From: Mytilus trossulus
Lineage: Eukaryota
Assembly (NCBI RefSeq): GCF_036588685.1
Contig: NC_086379.1
Coordinates: 58,032,001 to 58,096,000 of the forward strand
Length of the DNA: 64,000 nucleotides
Direction of reading: 5' to 3'
The notes beneath the pieces were generated by a model. That model did not search any database. It saw only the letters and a list, made by a program, of their open reading frames with translations, and was not told the origin of the DNA. Below, one piece after another: positions 11,127 to 24,500 of the stretch; position 1 is the stretch's first letter, and each line of letters starts with the position of its first letter. The position numbers and the translations under genes were made by a program.

Positions 11127-12626
11127 TCATTCTTTATAAAACTGATAAAACATTATAAAGCATTCAAAATGATAGAACATAACAAACGGAACCCAGAAAT
11201 GCTTAAATTTCAGCCAAGTATTACTGTTAAAAACTGGTTGAGTATTGTAAGCATGGTAAGGTACAGAAATAAATGTATACGAAAACCAAGTGTTGAAATT
11301 GACAAAACACATCACAAGAAAAATGTTTCTGATGGATAATACAGAATTAGAACTACTGAACTTCCGATATTGCTTCATCTGTAGGATAAAAGTGGTCTGT
11401 AAAATAGTGACAATAACTCTAACAACGGTATTCAGATGAATTCTGATGTCGTGAAACTGCGGCCGATTACGGCTGCTGAGACTTTCCAGAATGTAATAAC
11501 CACACGTAGCAAGAGATGTTGAAAGGATTATAAAATGTTGAATGTTGATTATTTTCCGTGGCCTTTCCTTTGGTTGTAGTTCTCCAGCTAATGCATGAAA
11601 ACACTTGATTGTTAGTGGTATCCGCAAAATGTTTCCGACAAGATAGTATGTATTCGGACCACCAGCTTGATTATACTGTGGAATGTACATTAAAACACAC
11701 TGAATTATGATGAAGGATAAACAAAACAATATACCAAGTCCGACTATGCACTTCGACTTCCTATTCATATGCCTGTTACGAACTGTTATATGTCCCGATA
11801 AAAGTTGGAAATGTTCTCCATTTTCCTGAGAAAATGAGGCAGAATCTAATAAATTAATTGTGTCAAGTGGCACTTTATGCTTTGGCCACATGTGAGAGAT
11901 GAATATCAAACTTAACAGACAATATTCTAGCAAAACTGGATCCAGGAATGGTTTAAGTATCTGTTCTGCTTTGTACAGAGTCGTTGCGTTGTTACATAGG
12001 TGTCCAGATTTATTTAGAATGTCATTTTTCTCCTCAAAGTACAAGTCTACATTTTTATGTGTCCACAAAGAGATATTTGCAACAAACAAAAACATCAGTA
12101 TATAATAGAAACATTTAATATTTGCAAATCGGAATCGTGAGAAATAAACAATGAATATGGTTTGTCCTAGATCGAAGAGCCAAGTTATTATATAGTAGAA
12201 TGCTTTCTGTGATAACGACTCACGTATATTACATTGAATATGAAGAGATAATTTCATTGCCTGTGATACGATATTTCCGAAACAAAAGAGCCACAGAAAC
12301 GCTAATTTCAGTTTGTGTGTAACTTGTCGTCTATGAAAAACCTTCCAATCGCTTTTTAAGTGAACTAGTAAGCTACAAGCGATCAAGAAACATATGGCAA
12401 GAGAGAGCACTCCAACAATTAACCATCTAGAATGTTTGGTTGGAAATATCAACATCACTTCAAGAACCGCTATAACTAGGGTCGTTAATAAGACAAGTCC
12501 GGATATACTTGCATCATGAACCGAGAATCCGCCATTTTCCCGCTTAGTCACTAGTCCTGCTGTAAAAGGCATTACCAATGCAGCATGTAAAATCCTTCGT
12601 AGCATATCTGGTGTCGTTTTATACAT
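11127..12626 (-). CDS. Otopetrin-like proton channel paralog 1 (499 aa, single coding exon)
   Basis: About 12 TM segments; motifs QTIFI, ANISLW, PFLDPVLLEYCL, QTTFILQ, VNFNTW, PFVMFYHFEC. Splice acceptor TTTTCTAG ends 4 nt before the ATG. Confidence 0.9.
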   Translation of the reverse strand: MYKTTPDMLRRILHAALVMPFTAGLVTKRENGGFSVHDASISGLVLLTTLVIAVLEVMLIFPTKHSRWLIVGVLSLAICFLIACSLLVHLKSDWKVFHRRQVTHKLKLAFLWLFCFGNIVSQAMKLSLHIQCNIRESLSQKAFYYIITWLFDLGQTIFIVYFSRFRFANIKCFYYILMFLFVANISLWTHKNVDLYFEEKNDILNKSGHLCNNATTLYKAEQILKPFLDPVLLEYCLLSLIFISHMWPKHKVPLDTINLLDSASFSQENGEHFQLLSGHITVRNRHMNRKSKCIVGLGILFCLSFIIIQCVLMYIPQYNQAGGPNTYYLVGNILRIPLTIKCFHALAGELQPKERPRKIINIQHFIILSTSLATCGYYILESLSSRNRPQFHDIRIHLNTVVRVIVTILQTTFILQMKQYRKFSSSNSVLSIRNIFLVMCFVNFNTWFSYTFISVPYHAYNTQPVFNSNTWLKFKHFWVPFVMFYHFECFIMFYQFYKE

Positions 12627-13585
12627 GTATCTAGAAAATCAATCATTCAATTCACTATAATTTGCTTCTCTAACTTCCGTAAACACATTTAATAAATTAT
12701 TTCGGTTTTTTTTCTTCAATTAAATTATTGTGAACTTTACATTGCATATTGTTGCACAGTAAATTAAACTTTCTCCCGCAGCATTTTTATTCTGATGCGA
12801 GTCTGTTAATCGAAACCGAGAATAACTATAGCCGCCAGAGAAAATTAGATGTGGATATGAAGAGGCATATAAGTACTTCCGTGGTTCGAATTATAGTATT
12901 TGAACAACAATTAAACCAATTATATTGAAAGAAGTTATTTATTTTCATTTCCTTATTTGAATGTTTCAAAAGCAAATTGTTTTATACTCACTTTCTGTAA
13001 AATGAAACTAGTTTTAATCTTGTATTTCGAATAAATCTCATAAACAACAAAGTTTAAAAGAATGGTTTCCTCGTCACGTTTTCATACAACCTACTTATAA
13101 TGCGAAGGGTATGAGTTCTCCGCTTATGTACAATATTCGAAAGTAATCTGCTATAGGATTTAAACTCACATGAGTCTTTACTAGATAATGTACAGCGAAA
13201 ACCAGCAATAACGTGAAGGATTAGCTTCAAAATGTATTCTTTAAATACCCTTTAAAACACGATTATTATCTGTTTTAAAAAAGATGCTTGATGAAAATTC
13301 ATTCAGGACTGATGGTCTTTTTAAATGTTTTTTTTTTTTTATAAGTAATGAAAATTCGTTATCTAAACTGATTTAGGAACGTATAGAAAATTTAGCGGAA
13401 AGTTCAAACTTAAAATATTTTAAAAACTTTACTATCATAATAGAAATAAGTAGCAGCACGCTAGCTTTTAAACGTGGTAGATAAGATAAAACACCTTCAA
13501 TATGTACACAACTCAATAACTTTGGAATTCTGATATTGTTCCTAGTTAATGACAAAATTGACTTTTATAGTGAAAGAGACAACAT

Positions 13586-14030
13586 TAACATGTATATGTA
13601 CCTGGCCACGTCCACTTGTATGTTTTGTCTATCTAGTGAGTTAAGCCTTTTTCAACTGATTTTTATAGTTCGTTCTTACGTTGTACCGTTATACCACTGT
13701 CCCAGGCTAGGGGTAGGGTTGGGATCCTGGTAACATGTTTAACCCCGCCACATTATTTATGTATGTGCCTGTCCCAAGTCAGGAGCCTGTAATTCAGTGG
13801 TTGTCGTTTGTTTATGTGTTACATATTTGTTTTTCGTTCATTTTTTTACATAAATAAGGCCGTCAGTTTTCTCGTTTGAATTGTTTTACATTGTCTTATC
13901 GGGGCCTTTTATAGCTGACTATGTTTTATGGGCTTTGCTCATTGTTGAAGGCCGTACGGTGACTATAGTTGTTTATGTTTGTGTCATTTTGGTCTTTTGT
14001 GGAATCATACCACATCTTCTTTTTTATATA
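13586..14030 (+). repeat. Longer copy of the abundant interspersed repeat
   Basis: 3' ~290 bp nearly identical to 4303-4612. Confidence 0.85.
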
Positions 14031-17000
14031 CTCATTAACTGTGTTTTTACATGTATGATTTTATATGGAAAACATTTTCCCTTTGAATAACAAACATATG
14101 AATGAACAAATCGTAGAGGTAAGCATTTACTCTATTTCTTCTGCTTTTTATTACTGGTCTTAATATAATAATCAAAACATTGTTTAAATAAAAATAAACG
14201 ATTTGAAATAAAAAGGAAAACAAGCATTCTGAGTGTATTGCATACATGCATTATAATGCCACTACCGGCTATAACGTTAATATTGAGTGCGTGTTTCCTG
14301 ATATTGAACAAGCAGTAAGTTTTCACCTGTAAGACAGGTGATTTTTATATTATAGCAAAGTTGACCTCAGATGAATTTGACGATTGTATGTTCATTTTGG
14401 TCATGTAGTTCGCAAGTGTTTAAGCTGTTATACGATGATGACTGATGTACCCGTATTTTGACCATTTTATTTATTGTGTCTATTTATTTAACGCATCAAT
14501 GTAAATATAACGGAATTTGATGAGACTGTCATTAAAGTGAGAGGGTTAGCGCTATAGAACCAGGTTTAATCCACCATTTTCTACATTTGAAAATGCCTGT
14601 TTCAAGTCAGGAAAATGACAGTTCTTGTCCATTCGTTTTTGATGCGTTTTGTTATTTGATTTTGCACTGTGATTATGGACTTTCCGAATTGATTTTCCTC
14701 TAAGTTCAGTATTTTTGTGAATTTACTTTATACATCACTGGCTTTCAATGTTTGGATTGAGCGTTCCTGATGAAGGATAATCCAGCAAAGCTCTTCGGAC
14801 TCATGAAAGTAATATTGTTGTTTTCATTTTTTTTAGATTGGGTCAGACAATTTATCAAAAGATGCGGATATTATTATAAATTTAAGGTTTTAAAGCGATT
14901 GTTTATTTTCAGTGACTAATATTCCTATAAAAATCGCTCAACAATACAAAACACACAATTAATCTGTATCTTATGATACTATACTAAAAAAACGTTAACC
15001 ATTGATTTAGGTAAAACAACAGAAAAGCGCAGAGAACTGCATTTCATCGAATTTTATATGTCAAGGTAGCGAACCTCTAGAAAATAATTACTCAAACGGC
15101 AATAATCACTCAAACAGGTCAAAACTCAAAGATGATCAGAAAATTCCAATAATAGGAATATGTTAGATCGTTTGATGAAAAAAAATGTGGGGAAAATTAT
15201 ATGTTTAAGCAATTGTCTATAGTTAAGAACCAAATCGTCCACAATTGTTTAAATTCTTTAACTTATTGACAATATTCATGAAAAGCAACATACAAATATT
15301 TGTAATATCGAGAGGATTTTTCTTCCGACGTTTGCATTTGCGCTAATATGCTCCTGGTGCTAGATTTTCTCGTTGCATTGAAGACCTATTGATGGCCTTT
15401 GTCTGCGGGTTGTTGTTTGTTTGACACATTCCCCATTTCATTCTCAATTTTAATTCACTTGCACCGATCTGCGTTTTTCTATCACATATATAATAATCAT
15501 CTTTTCGGCTAGCACATCTTAGGATAAGATTAGTTTGTGTCACAAGTTCAGTATTGATAGTTTTTTTCTTCATTTTTGCCAAATGGAATCTTTGACCAAC
15601 TATCTGAATCAGTATAATTGGGATCTAGACGAAAAATACAATCACTCTCTAAAGAAATCTGATATCTTTAAAAAAAAAAATGTTATCTTTGTTTGGCTTT
15701 ACTTCTTGTTCTTTTTGGGGTTTATTAGCTTTTAAACGTTGTTTGGATATTTAAAACGTTTGGTCTTGAGCAACACAAAAGAGAAACTAGTTGTCAAAAT
15801 GCTTATCTGGTGCAGTAACATTGGTACCGTAAATGTTATTGCAATCTTGAAAAATGTTTTTTTTCCTTTTTGTACAATGTATTCAGGTCTTACATTTCCA
15901 TAGGTATTGCGCTATATGCCTTCTGTTGATTACCTTCCCCTCCCGAAATATCCGATAACAAAACTTACCGATATTTCAGTATGCTCTTAAGGACCTAGCG
16001 CTTTTCTCTCTTTCCCTTGATTAAATAAATTTTAAAGTTGTTAACACAAAGCAATAAAACAATAAAATATTTCCCTATCTTTCAATGAGTTTTCTTCATT
16101 TTCACTTTAACAATACATATGTTTCCTCATTATAGCATTAGTTACTTTGTCATTATAATAAAACTGTGTACTTATTATTTTATTTCTAACACGAGGAAAT
16201 TCAGAAAGTATTATTTTTCTTAAATCTTTAATTGTCCTTACATAAATGATTTAACATTTTTAATTAAATTTATGCTGTTAGACAAGACGAAAGTCTCACC
16301 ATGTGTTACATAAAAATAGGAAGATGTGGTATGAGTGCCAATGAGACAACTCTCCATCCAAGTCACAGCTTATAAAAGTAAACCATTATAGGTCAAGATA
16401 CGGTCTTCAACACGGAGCCTAGACTCACACCGAACAGCAAGCAACAAAATGTCCCAAATCTTACTATTGGAAAACATTCAAACGGTAAAACCAACGTTCT
16501 AATCTATTTATAAAAAAAAGAGCCACTCTTTAAAGAGTTATGAGAGTAAACAATTTTGCTTAAATTATAATACAAATACAAGTCACGTTTAAAATACATT
16601 TTCGCTTTCTTAAAATGCACCAAAATTCTTTTTACTTGATACATAAAAAATATTTCGCGTCTGAAAAAAAAATAAAAAAAATATAATAAAAATAATATCA
16701 GGACAATTCGTTCCTTTTATTTCGCGCTAGAATACAAAAATGGAGATGTGATATAAATGCCAATGAGACAACTATTCACCATAGTTCAAATGAGGCTAAT
16801 GGAAGCAACTAAAGACACAATACGACCTTCAACTATGAGAAAAACCTATACCGTATACTCTGCTATAAAAGACCCCAACATGAATAAGATAAAACAATTC
16901 AATTGAGAAAAATATTAGCCTGAGAAATCAACATACGAAAAACAAATATTTAAGACGCGAACCAACGACAACAACTGAAATACAAGGATCCTGAGTTTCG

Positions 17001-17984
17001 ACATGCACATTAAGAATGTGGCGAGGGTAAACACGTCTGTAAGCGCTCAACAATCCCCTAACATGCCAATGGGACTGTGGTGTAATAACAGCACAAAATG
17101 AGTATGACCGTTCTCGTGTTGTGCTGTAATTACACCAAACTATAAAAATCAGTTGATTAGATCAGTAAAAAGAAAAACATCCAACAAAAAACAGATAGGA
17201 CGCAGAAGGGTATATATGCATTCCTCGTCTCTAATAACAAAAAGACACTTTATACAGATTTTATAATACTCGCAGTTACGGACAGCTAATTTAAATCAAA
17301 TGAAAACTAATTAAAATCATAAATATAAGACTAAAATATGACTCAGTACGCATCAAAGTTCGATTACCTTGAGAAATAATGTGTAGGGGCTTTGTAATGT
17401 TTAGTTTTACGGTCAAGGATTGCGTATTGCCTATTTTATGTTTTTTTGAAGATTCAATAAAATGTTTCCGGTTAATTGAACCAAAAAAATATAAACAAAA
17501 TTCGTCGAGTTTTAATATAAATAGTAATCAGAATTTTTGTCCAAATATAGCGTTTTTATTTTATTTATTTTTCATATCTGACCAAAATATTACGATTTAT
17601 TGGTCCATATTTCAATTGGAACATATTCTAGTTGCTCACCTGACATGGTATATACCTTGTATTTCTATCAATAATGGTGTTGATTATCCTTTATTTTACA
17701 TAAATGACATTACATGTTGGATACAAGTAAATAATACAGAAACCTTGCCAAATAGCTGGTTTTATAGTTAGCTGAATTAGAGACAATAAAACTTTAATTG
17801 CACAGTTAAAGTGCAGCGCCGATCTGCATTTCATTTGCGCCGATTTTTTACAGGTAAATTACAGGTGAAATGACATAAGAAGATGTGGTATGAGATAACC
17901 TTCCATCCCAGTTATGTTATTAAAGAATTCTTCCGTTAGACAGTTGTTCATATGTTATGAATTGTCAATTATAAAATGTATATA

Positions 17985-18150
17985 GAATCATATTCAAAAC
18001 AGTGTGGTCCTGGCCATTGATTGACGACCTAAATTATCCCATAGTGAGCAATGATCGTTACAGACAAACGTTCACCTAATCTGTCCCAGTCAATGGGATA
18101 CTTTAGGTCGTCAATCAATGGCCAGGACCACACTGTTTTAAAAATGATTC
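17985..18150. mobile_element. 166-bp hairpin MITE with TA duplication
   Basis: About 58-bp arms (GAATCA...CAGTGTGGTCCTGGCCATTGATTGACGACCTAAA.TATCCCAT and its reverse complement, 3 mismatches), flanked by TA on both sides. Confidence 0.8.
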
Positions 18151-18793
18151 TAACTGTTGTCTCCTGCTTAAAATCAAGAAGTAAAAACACTTTGTTGATA
18201 CTAAAATGACGAATTAAAAATATATGTACAGCATTCATATCCATAAAAACGGAATACATTAAAATCATAAATCTGTTCTTGCCGAGCAATGTATAGGCAA
18301 CACATCTAATATATTCCTTTCTTATGATTTCGTCTCTTCTAGATTTGGCTTAATTGTCGATAACGAAGGTCATCTTTTTTTTTTGTCTGGCAAACGTACT
18401 GGTTGGAGCATTTCTAGAGTTCGCATTTTCTCACAAGGAAGCTATTAAACCAAGAGTTCCAAATGGTGAAGTTGAAATCATTCCTTGGTTAATTTTATCG
18501 ACGCCATCACAAATTGGTTGACCGTTATAGAATGTGTACTTGTACTTTGTCTAAGAATGTATGACATTTGTCATCAGAGGGAGCGGAGCGTCAGACAATG
18601 TCAAACGTGAAGCAGTCATCGATTTCATTTAGGGAAAGGAATGGTAACCCGAAACATTGGGACAGCCATTTACCAATTGCAATGTCACTTGATTTGTCTT
18701 TATACTCTTTGCCTAGCCAATGTAAAACTATGAACTTACCTGTAACTTACCTGTAAATCCAATTAGGAAAAAATATAAAATCGGCGCATATGA

Positions 18794-20054
18794 AACTAGA
18801 GGCTCTAAAGGGCCCATGTCGCTCACTTTGGTCTATTTGAATTTTAAACAAAGGACGCAGATGGATTCATGCCAAATTGTGTTTTGATGATTGTGATGTG
18901 TTTGTACATCTTACTTTACTGAACATTCTTGCAATCTAATTAAAATATGTTATTCTTGCTGCTTACAATTATCTCTATCTATAATGAACTTAGCCCAGTA
19001 GTTGCAGTAGAACATTTTAGTAAACATTTACAAATTTTATGAAAATTGTTAAAAATTGACTATTAAGGACAATAACTCCTAAAGGGGTCAATTTTGTTTG
19101 ACCCCCCAAGGAGTTATTGTCCTTTACAGTTAATGTTTAACAATTTTCATAAAATTTGTAAATGTTTACTAAAATTTTGGTCATTTTGACTTATTTTAAG
19201 GTCTTACTTTGCTGTACATTAGTGCTGTTTACAGTTTATCTCTATCTATAACAATATTCAAAATAATAACAAACAAGAGGCTCTAAAGAGCTTGTGTCGC
19301 TCATCTTGGTATATGTGAATATTAAACAAAAGAAGCAGATAGATTCATGACAAAATTTAGGTTTGGTGATGGTGATGTGTTTGTACATCTTACTTTACTG
19401 AACATTCTTGCTGCTTACAATTATCTCTATCTATAATGAACTTGGCCGAGTAGTTTCAGTGGAAAATATTAGTAAACATTTACAAATTTTGTGAAAATTG
19501 TTAAAAATTGACTATAAAGGATAATAACTCCTTAGGGTGTCAATTGACCATTTCAGTCATGTGAACTTATTTGTAAATCTTACTTTTCTGAACATTATTG
19601 CTGTTTACAGGTTAATTCTATCTATAATAATATTCAAGATAATAACCAGAAACAGCAAAATTTCTTTAAAATTACCAATTCAGGGGCATCAACCCAACAA
19701 CGGGTTGTCCGATGTATCTGAAAATTTCAGGGCAGATAGATCTTGACCTGATGAAAAATATTACCCCCTGTCAGATTTTCTCTAAATGCTTTGGTTTTCG
19801 CGTTCCAGGCCAAAAACTGCATTTTACCCCATGTTCTTCTTTTAGCCGTGGCGGCCATCTTGGCTGATTGGCCGGGTCACGCCACATATTTTTTAAACTA
19901 AATACCCCAATGATGAGTGTGGCCAAGTTTGGTTTAATTTGGTCAAGCAGTTTCAGAGGAGAAGATTTTGGTAAAAGTTAACGACGGACGACAGACGACG
20001 GACGCAAAGTGATGAGAAAAGCTCACTTGGCCCTTTGGGTAAAGTGAGCTAAAA
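18794..20054 (-). mobile_element. Helentron-associated non-autonomous element (HINE/pearl-like), two tandem or nested copies
   Basis: A(C/T)AGAGGCTCTAAAG...GTCGCTCA ends at ~18795 and ~19274, a (GACG) microsatellite at ~19981-20004, and an AGCTCAC...GTGAGCT hairpin at ~20020-20050 next to an A/T run. Confidence 0.7.
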
Positions 20055-20852
20055 ATGAAATCGGCGCAAATGAAAGAATGAAAATTTTCAAAATCGGCGC
20101 AAATGTCATACGCCCACATGTACAATCATTAGAGTTTATTTAGTGACAGATCCGTGCGTATTGCGATCACCGGATTTTTACCAGAGGGTCACAAAAAGGT
20201 CACTTTGAATACGAAAAATATATATAACAATTATAAAAAATGATAACTTCTTCAAATTGTAAACATATTTAAGGATTTTCTTCACAAAACAATATTTGTA
20301 CATAAGTTTAATAATGACAACTATCCATTTTGTTATAAAAAAAATATATGCATATTTTTTTTTAAATTGATGTTTCATATGACTTTATAATTACTAGTTT
20401 TAACATAATAGGATGTAAAACTAAATTGCCTTTTAAAGAAATAAAATATTATATATTTTTTTTTAATTTGCAATACATCAACAATGTCTCCTTTATTGAT
20501 AGAAGAGATTACATTTTGTTCATTTTGGCCTCTGTTCCAGGTGATCCAACCACTTTCAACATAGTTTTGACTTTAATATTTCCTTGCTTGTTAAGTTCCG
20601 CATATTGGCAGGTGATTTAAAAAAAAAGAAATGACTTGATTAAAAAGCTTCCGGTTGTATGATTATTTTTTTAATACAATACGTGTGTAAAATTCTTTTA
20701 GTTGTTAGATTATAATTTTAAAAATTAGTTTGAATTAACAAATGAGTTAAGAAAGTTTATTTTCCTGTGGTATGGATTATATTTTTCGGTACAGAACAAA
20801 AATAATAACTTGCTAGATTTCTTTTTACATTACCATCATTAGGAGGGAAAGT

Positions 20853-22493
20853 ATGGATTTCTTTAAAGAAGTATTTCGAGCTGCATTTGTTTTACCGTTT
20901 TCGGCCGGTAATGTAGACGAGGAGAATGGTTCACATGACGGCAGCCTGGCAGGACTTTTACTGATGACTACTTCAATAGCTATCCTCTCTGAGATACTGA
21001 TGATTGGGTTTTCAACTAACGAGACTATTTCGTCTAAATTCAGCGTTGGACTAGCAGTCTTAACGTTTCTATCTGCTCTAGCAATTGTAATTTGCGTGTG
21101 TATCAGTTTATACGTGTCATCAAGAGGGAACCGTGTGTTTCGTATTTTACCATGGAATACATGTAATACAATAAGACTAAGGTTTTTGTGGATTTTTTGT
21201 TTCAGCTGTATTATTTCGAGAACATTGGACATGACCTTTTATATTGATTGTCTAACTAACTCATTGACATTGAAATTTACAGTAGACACTATAGTATATG
21301 CTCTGGTCTGTATAGTATTCTACGTTGTACAAACTGCATTTATAACATATTTTTCGCATTCTCGATTCACCAGCCACCTTGGTGTTTATTATGGATTACT
21401 TATTATATTCCTAACAAATATTTCAGTTATATGTCATGCCTTGGCTTTTACTTTTAAACCTAAGGAGATTGACATGGTTGACATTTTTAATTTGACGACA
21501 AATACCCAACATACTTCGAGTAATACATCTTGCTACAAGTCAAGTATGTACGCGGTATTGATGAAGATTGATCCTTTCTTGTTACCGGCATTTTGTGAAT
21601 ATTCGCTTGTTTCCATAACGTTTATTATGAATATGTGGCCAAAATTTGGATTAAAAAATGACGAATTTGTGCTTGATGATATTTCACTTGACGTAAACAG
21701 AGAAACGTCAGAGTCGACGAGCAATTTAAGAGGATCGATAAATGGTAGGTCAGATTCGACAAATAACAGGCGGAATAATGAAAACATTCCTTTATTAGAC
21801 AACCCTAAAAGCACAACAAACTACAGACAACACCGTATAAGAAGATTTATAAGCATATCTGTTCCTATTCTTCTTAATTTGCCATCAGTTATATTATACT
21901 GTTTACACATTTCAAAAGTTCCATCTGTACAATTAGGCTTAACAATATCAATTGCTGTAGGAGCTACTATTGAGCTGCTTTTGTACGTGAAATGCTTTTA
22001 CTCTCTTCAGACGCAATGTAAACCATTGAAACAAAAGGAATGTTCATCTCTTGATTCTGGTGATTACATTCTAATTGCAAGTGCGGTTGCAGCAATATCA
22101 TATTACACGGTAAAACTGATGTCAAATATTTACAATGTTAGCTCTGAAGCTACATATCCTATAGGTTTTTATAAACTTGTTATTGATATCATCGCAGCTT
22201 ATTTTCAAACGGTTTTCATTTTACAAATGAAAAAATATGCGAAGGCCTTTAATATTTCCTCATGGACGTCGGTTGAATATACATGTTTATTAATGTCTTT
22301 TATGAATTTATGTTCATGGGCGGCTGATACTCTAATAGTTTCACAATATGTTTACCAAAATGACGCACCATATCATTTCTTTGGGTCATCTGACTGGACA
22401 GAAATCTTTGGATTTTTATACCCATTTGTAATCTTTTACAGATTCAATGCTTTTGTTTCCTTTTATGGTTTGTATGATAGATTGAAACATTAA
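20853..22493 (+). CDS. Otopetrin-like proton channel paralog 2 (546 aa, single coding exon; most divergent and closest to canonical motifs)
   Basis: HDGSLAG, LRFLWIF, VQTAFI, TNIS, PFLLPAFCEYSL, FQTVFILQ, MNLCSW, FFGSSDW, YPFVIFYRFNA. Acceptor CATTAG ends at 20842. Confidence 0.92.
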   Translation: MDFFKEVFRAAFVLPFSAGNVDEENGSHDGSLAGLLLMTTSIAILSEILMIGFSTNETISSKFSVGLAVLTFLSALAIVICVCISLYVSSRGNRVFRILPWNTCNTIRLRFLWIFCFSCIISRTLDMTFYIDCLTNSLTLKFTVDTIVYALVCIVFYVVQTAFITYFSHSRFTSHLGVYYGLLIIFLTNISVICHALAFTFKPKEIDMVDIFNLTTNTQHTSSNTSCYKSSMYAVLMKIDPFLLPAFCEYSLVSITFIMNMWPKFGLKNDEFVLDDISLDVNRETSESTSNLRGSINGRSDSTNNRRNNENIPLLDNPKSTTNYRQHRIRRFISISVPILLNLPSVILYCLHISKVPSVQLGLTISIAVGATIELLLYVKCFYSLQTQCKPLKQKECSSLDSGDYILIASAVAAISYYTVKLMSNIYNVSSEATYPIGFYKLVIDIIAAYFQTVFILQMKKYAKAFNISSWTSVEYTCLLMSFMNLCSWAADTLIVSQYVYQNDAPYHFFGSSDWTEIFGFLYPFVIFYRFNAFVSFYGLYDRLKH

Positions 22494-24227
22494 TTCGTCT
22501 TCAATAGATGGCGGCACTATTTGATCACATACATACTTGGTTTTATCAACGTTTGAAAAACCATGAATTAACAATGTCATACATTAAAAGGATAAATACC
22601 AGGAATGACCAAAAAAAATCGCTTTCATGTAGGACTTTGTACTGAATCTTAACATGAGGGTTATTATATTTCATATTCACTTTCTGTCTATGCGAAGAAG
22701 AGTTTATAATTTCCGAGGTTCTGTTTTTAAATTTCACAAAGTCAAGGGCAAGACCTTAAACACAAACATTAGGTCCGAACTGAAAAATCTAATAAACAAT
22801 AATTGTCTTATCATACGTTGGTACAGTACTTCATCAAAAGAATGACGCTTTACTTACATTGTTTACTTTAATTATAGCGACATTTTATGACTAGGATATA
22901 TTAAAAAAACTCTTATAGTATTTTGTATAGTAATTGCTGGTGGAGATATAATAACTGGATGTCCATCGGGAGCACAGTAATTTTTATATGCGTTATATAG
23001 TGAAAACATGTTTACCCAATATCAAGATTTTCATACATCACGCTTATTGTCTTTGTTATTAATGAAAATATATAATCATAATAAATACTTACTCCCTTTT
23101 CATTTTCCAGTGTTGATTTTTTTCTTATTTAAACCTCATTGATAGTAACAAGACTGAATATATTGGCTAAACTAAAAACAAAAAACTGGAATAAAATTGA
23201 GAAAGGAAATGAGATTATGTCTAAAGAAACAACAACTCGACCAAAGAGTAGACAATAGCCGAGGGCCACCAATGGGGCTTCAACGCAGCGAAAAGGTCCC
23301 ACTGCCGAAGGTGGTCCTCGGCTACCTCCTAAGTAAAAGTGTTTACTCGTTAAGTGAAAATGTACGTCACACTAAAGTCCAAAACATATAAATGAACTAA
23401 ACTTAAAACAAAACCCGACAAGACTAACAAAGGCCAGAGGCTCCTGACTTGGAACAATTGCATACATGCGGCGGGGTTAAACATGTTTTGTGAGATCTAA
23501 ACTTCCCCTTTACCTCTGTCCAACGTGAAAAAAAGAATCACATGAACCAATACGCACAAAAAAGTCCGTTTAAAAGCATCCGATCCGATGTCAGAATAGA
23601 TAACGAAAGACACTAAGCAAAATGACAATGATCCATAAATCTACAAAGGACTACTAGCAGTTCCTGACATGCCAAATAGTAAATGTCGATAGTCAAATCA
23701 TCTCTATTGTCAACTATCATGTTTGTGTAGGGAGTATCGAGCGTTCAGCAATATATCGACGAACGATGTATGACATAAAGACAATATTTGTATATTTCAA
23801 TTACTAGTGTTCAACATTTGCAATTAAAGGATACAAATATTATCAATGAAACTTTGAGTTATAGTCTAAAAATTAAAAGTGGAGGTATGCTTTAACATAT
23901 TTCTGTTCTAGACACTGTATCATATCTAAATGATAAAAGGTTGAAAATTTAACTGATAACGTTATTGCTCATATGTATATACGGAGAACTCAAATCGACG
24001 TCTGTTGCTGATCTTGTAGCATGCTGTTTCAGTGGCATATTTTTTGTTCCGGCTGTTTACAATACACAGTATTTACTTTCTATCGGTTATTAATTTCTAA
24101 TATTTTCATAATTTGTTTCACAGAGTTTCTTACGAGCTGAAAGTCATATAGATCACTAAAACTAATTGTTGCATCGTTGTAAATTTTGGGATTTTTTTGG
24201 TATTTGTGATGCGAGTGACTTTAAATA

Positions 24228-24500
24228 TGTCAGGAATCTGATGTACAGTAGTTGTCGTTCGTTTATGTAATATATACGTGTTTCTCGTTTCTCGTTTTGT
24301 TTATATAGATTAGACCGTTGGTTTTCCCGTTTGAATGGTTTTACACTAGTAATTTTGGGGCCCTTTATAGCTTGTTGTTCGGTGTGAGCCAAGGCTCTGT
24401 GTAGAAGGCCGTACTTTAACCTATAATGGTTTACTTTTTAAATTGTTATTTGGATGGAGAGTTGTCTCATTGGCACTCACACCACATCTTCCTATATCTA
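24228..24500 (+). repeat. Interspersed repeat, uninterrupted form of the host of the 32027 retrozyme insertion
   Basis: CTTTATAGCTTGTTGTTCGGTGTGAGCCAAGGCTCTGTGTAGAAGGCCGTAC...CACCACATCTTCCTATATCTA. Confidence 0.8.

Noticed and set aside
20825-21814. Antisense and alternate-frame ORFs over otopetrin genes (also 11899, 29319, 41141, 41520, 41692, 47868, 48296)
   Set aside because: Shadow frames of real CDSs, not conserved between paralogs.
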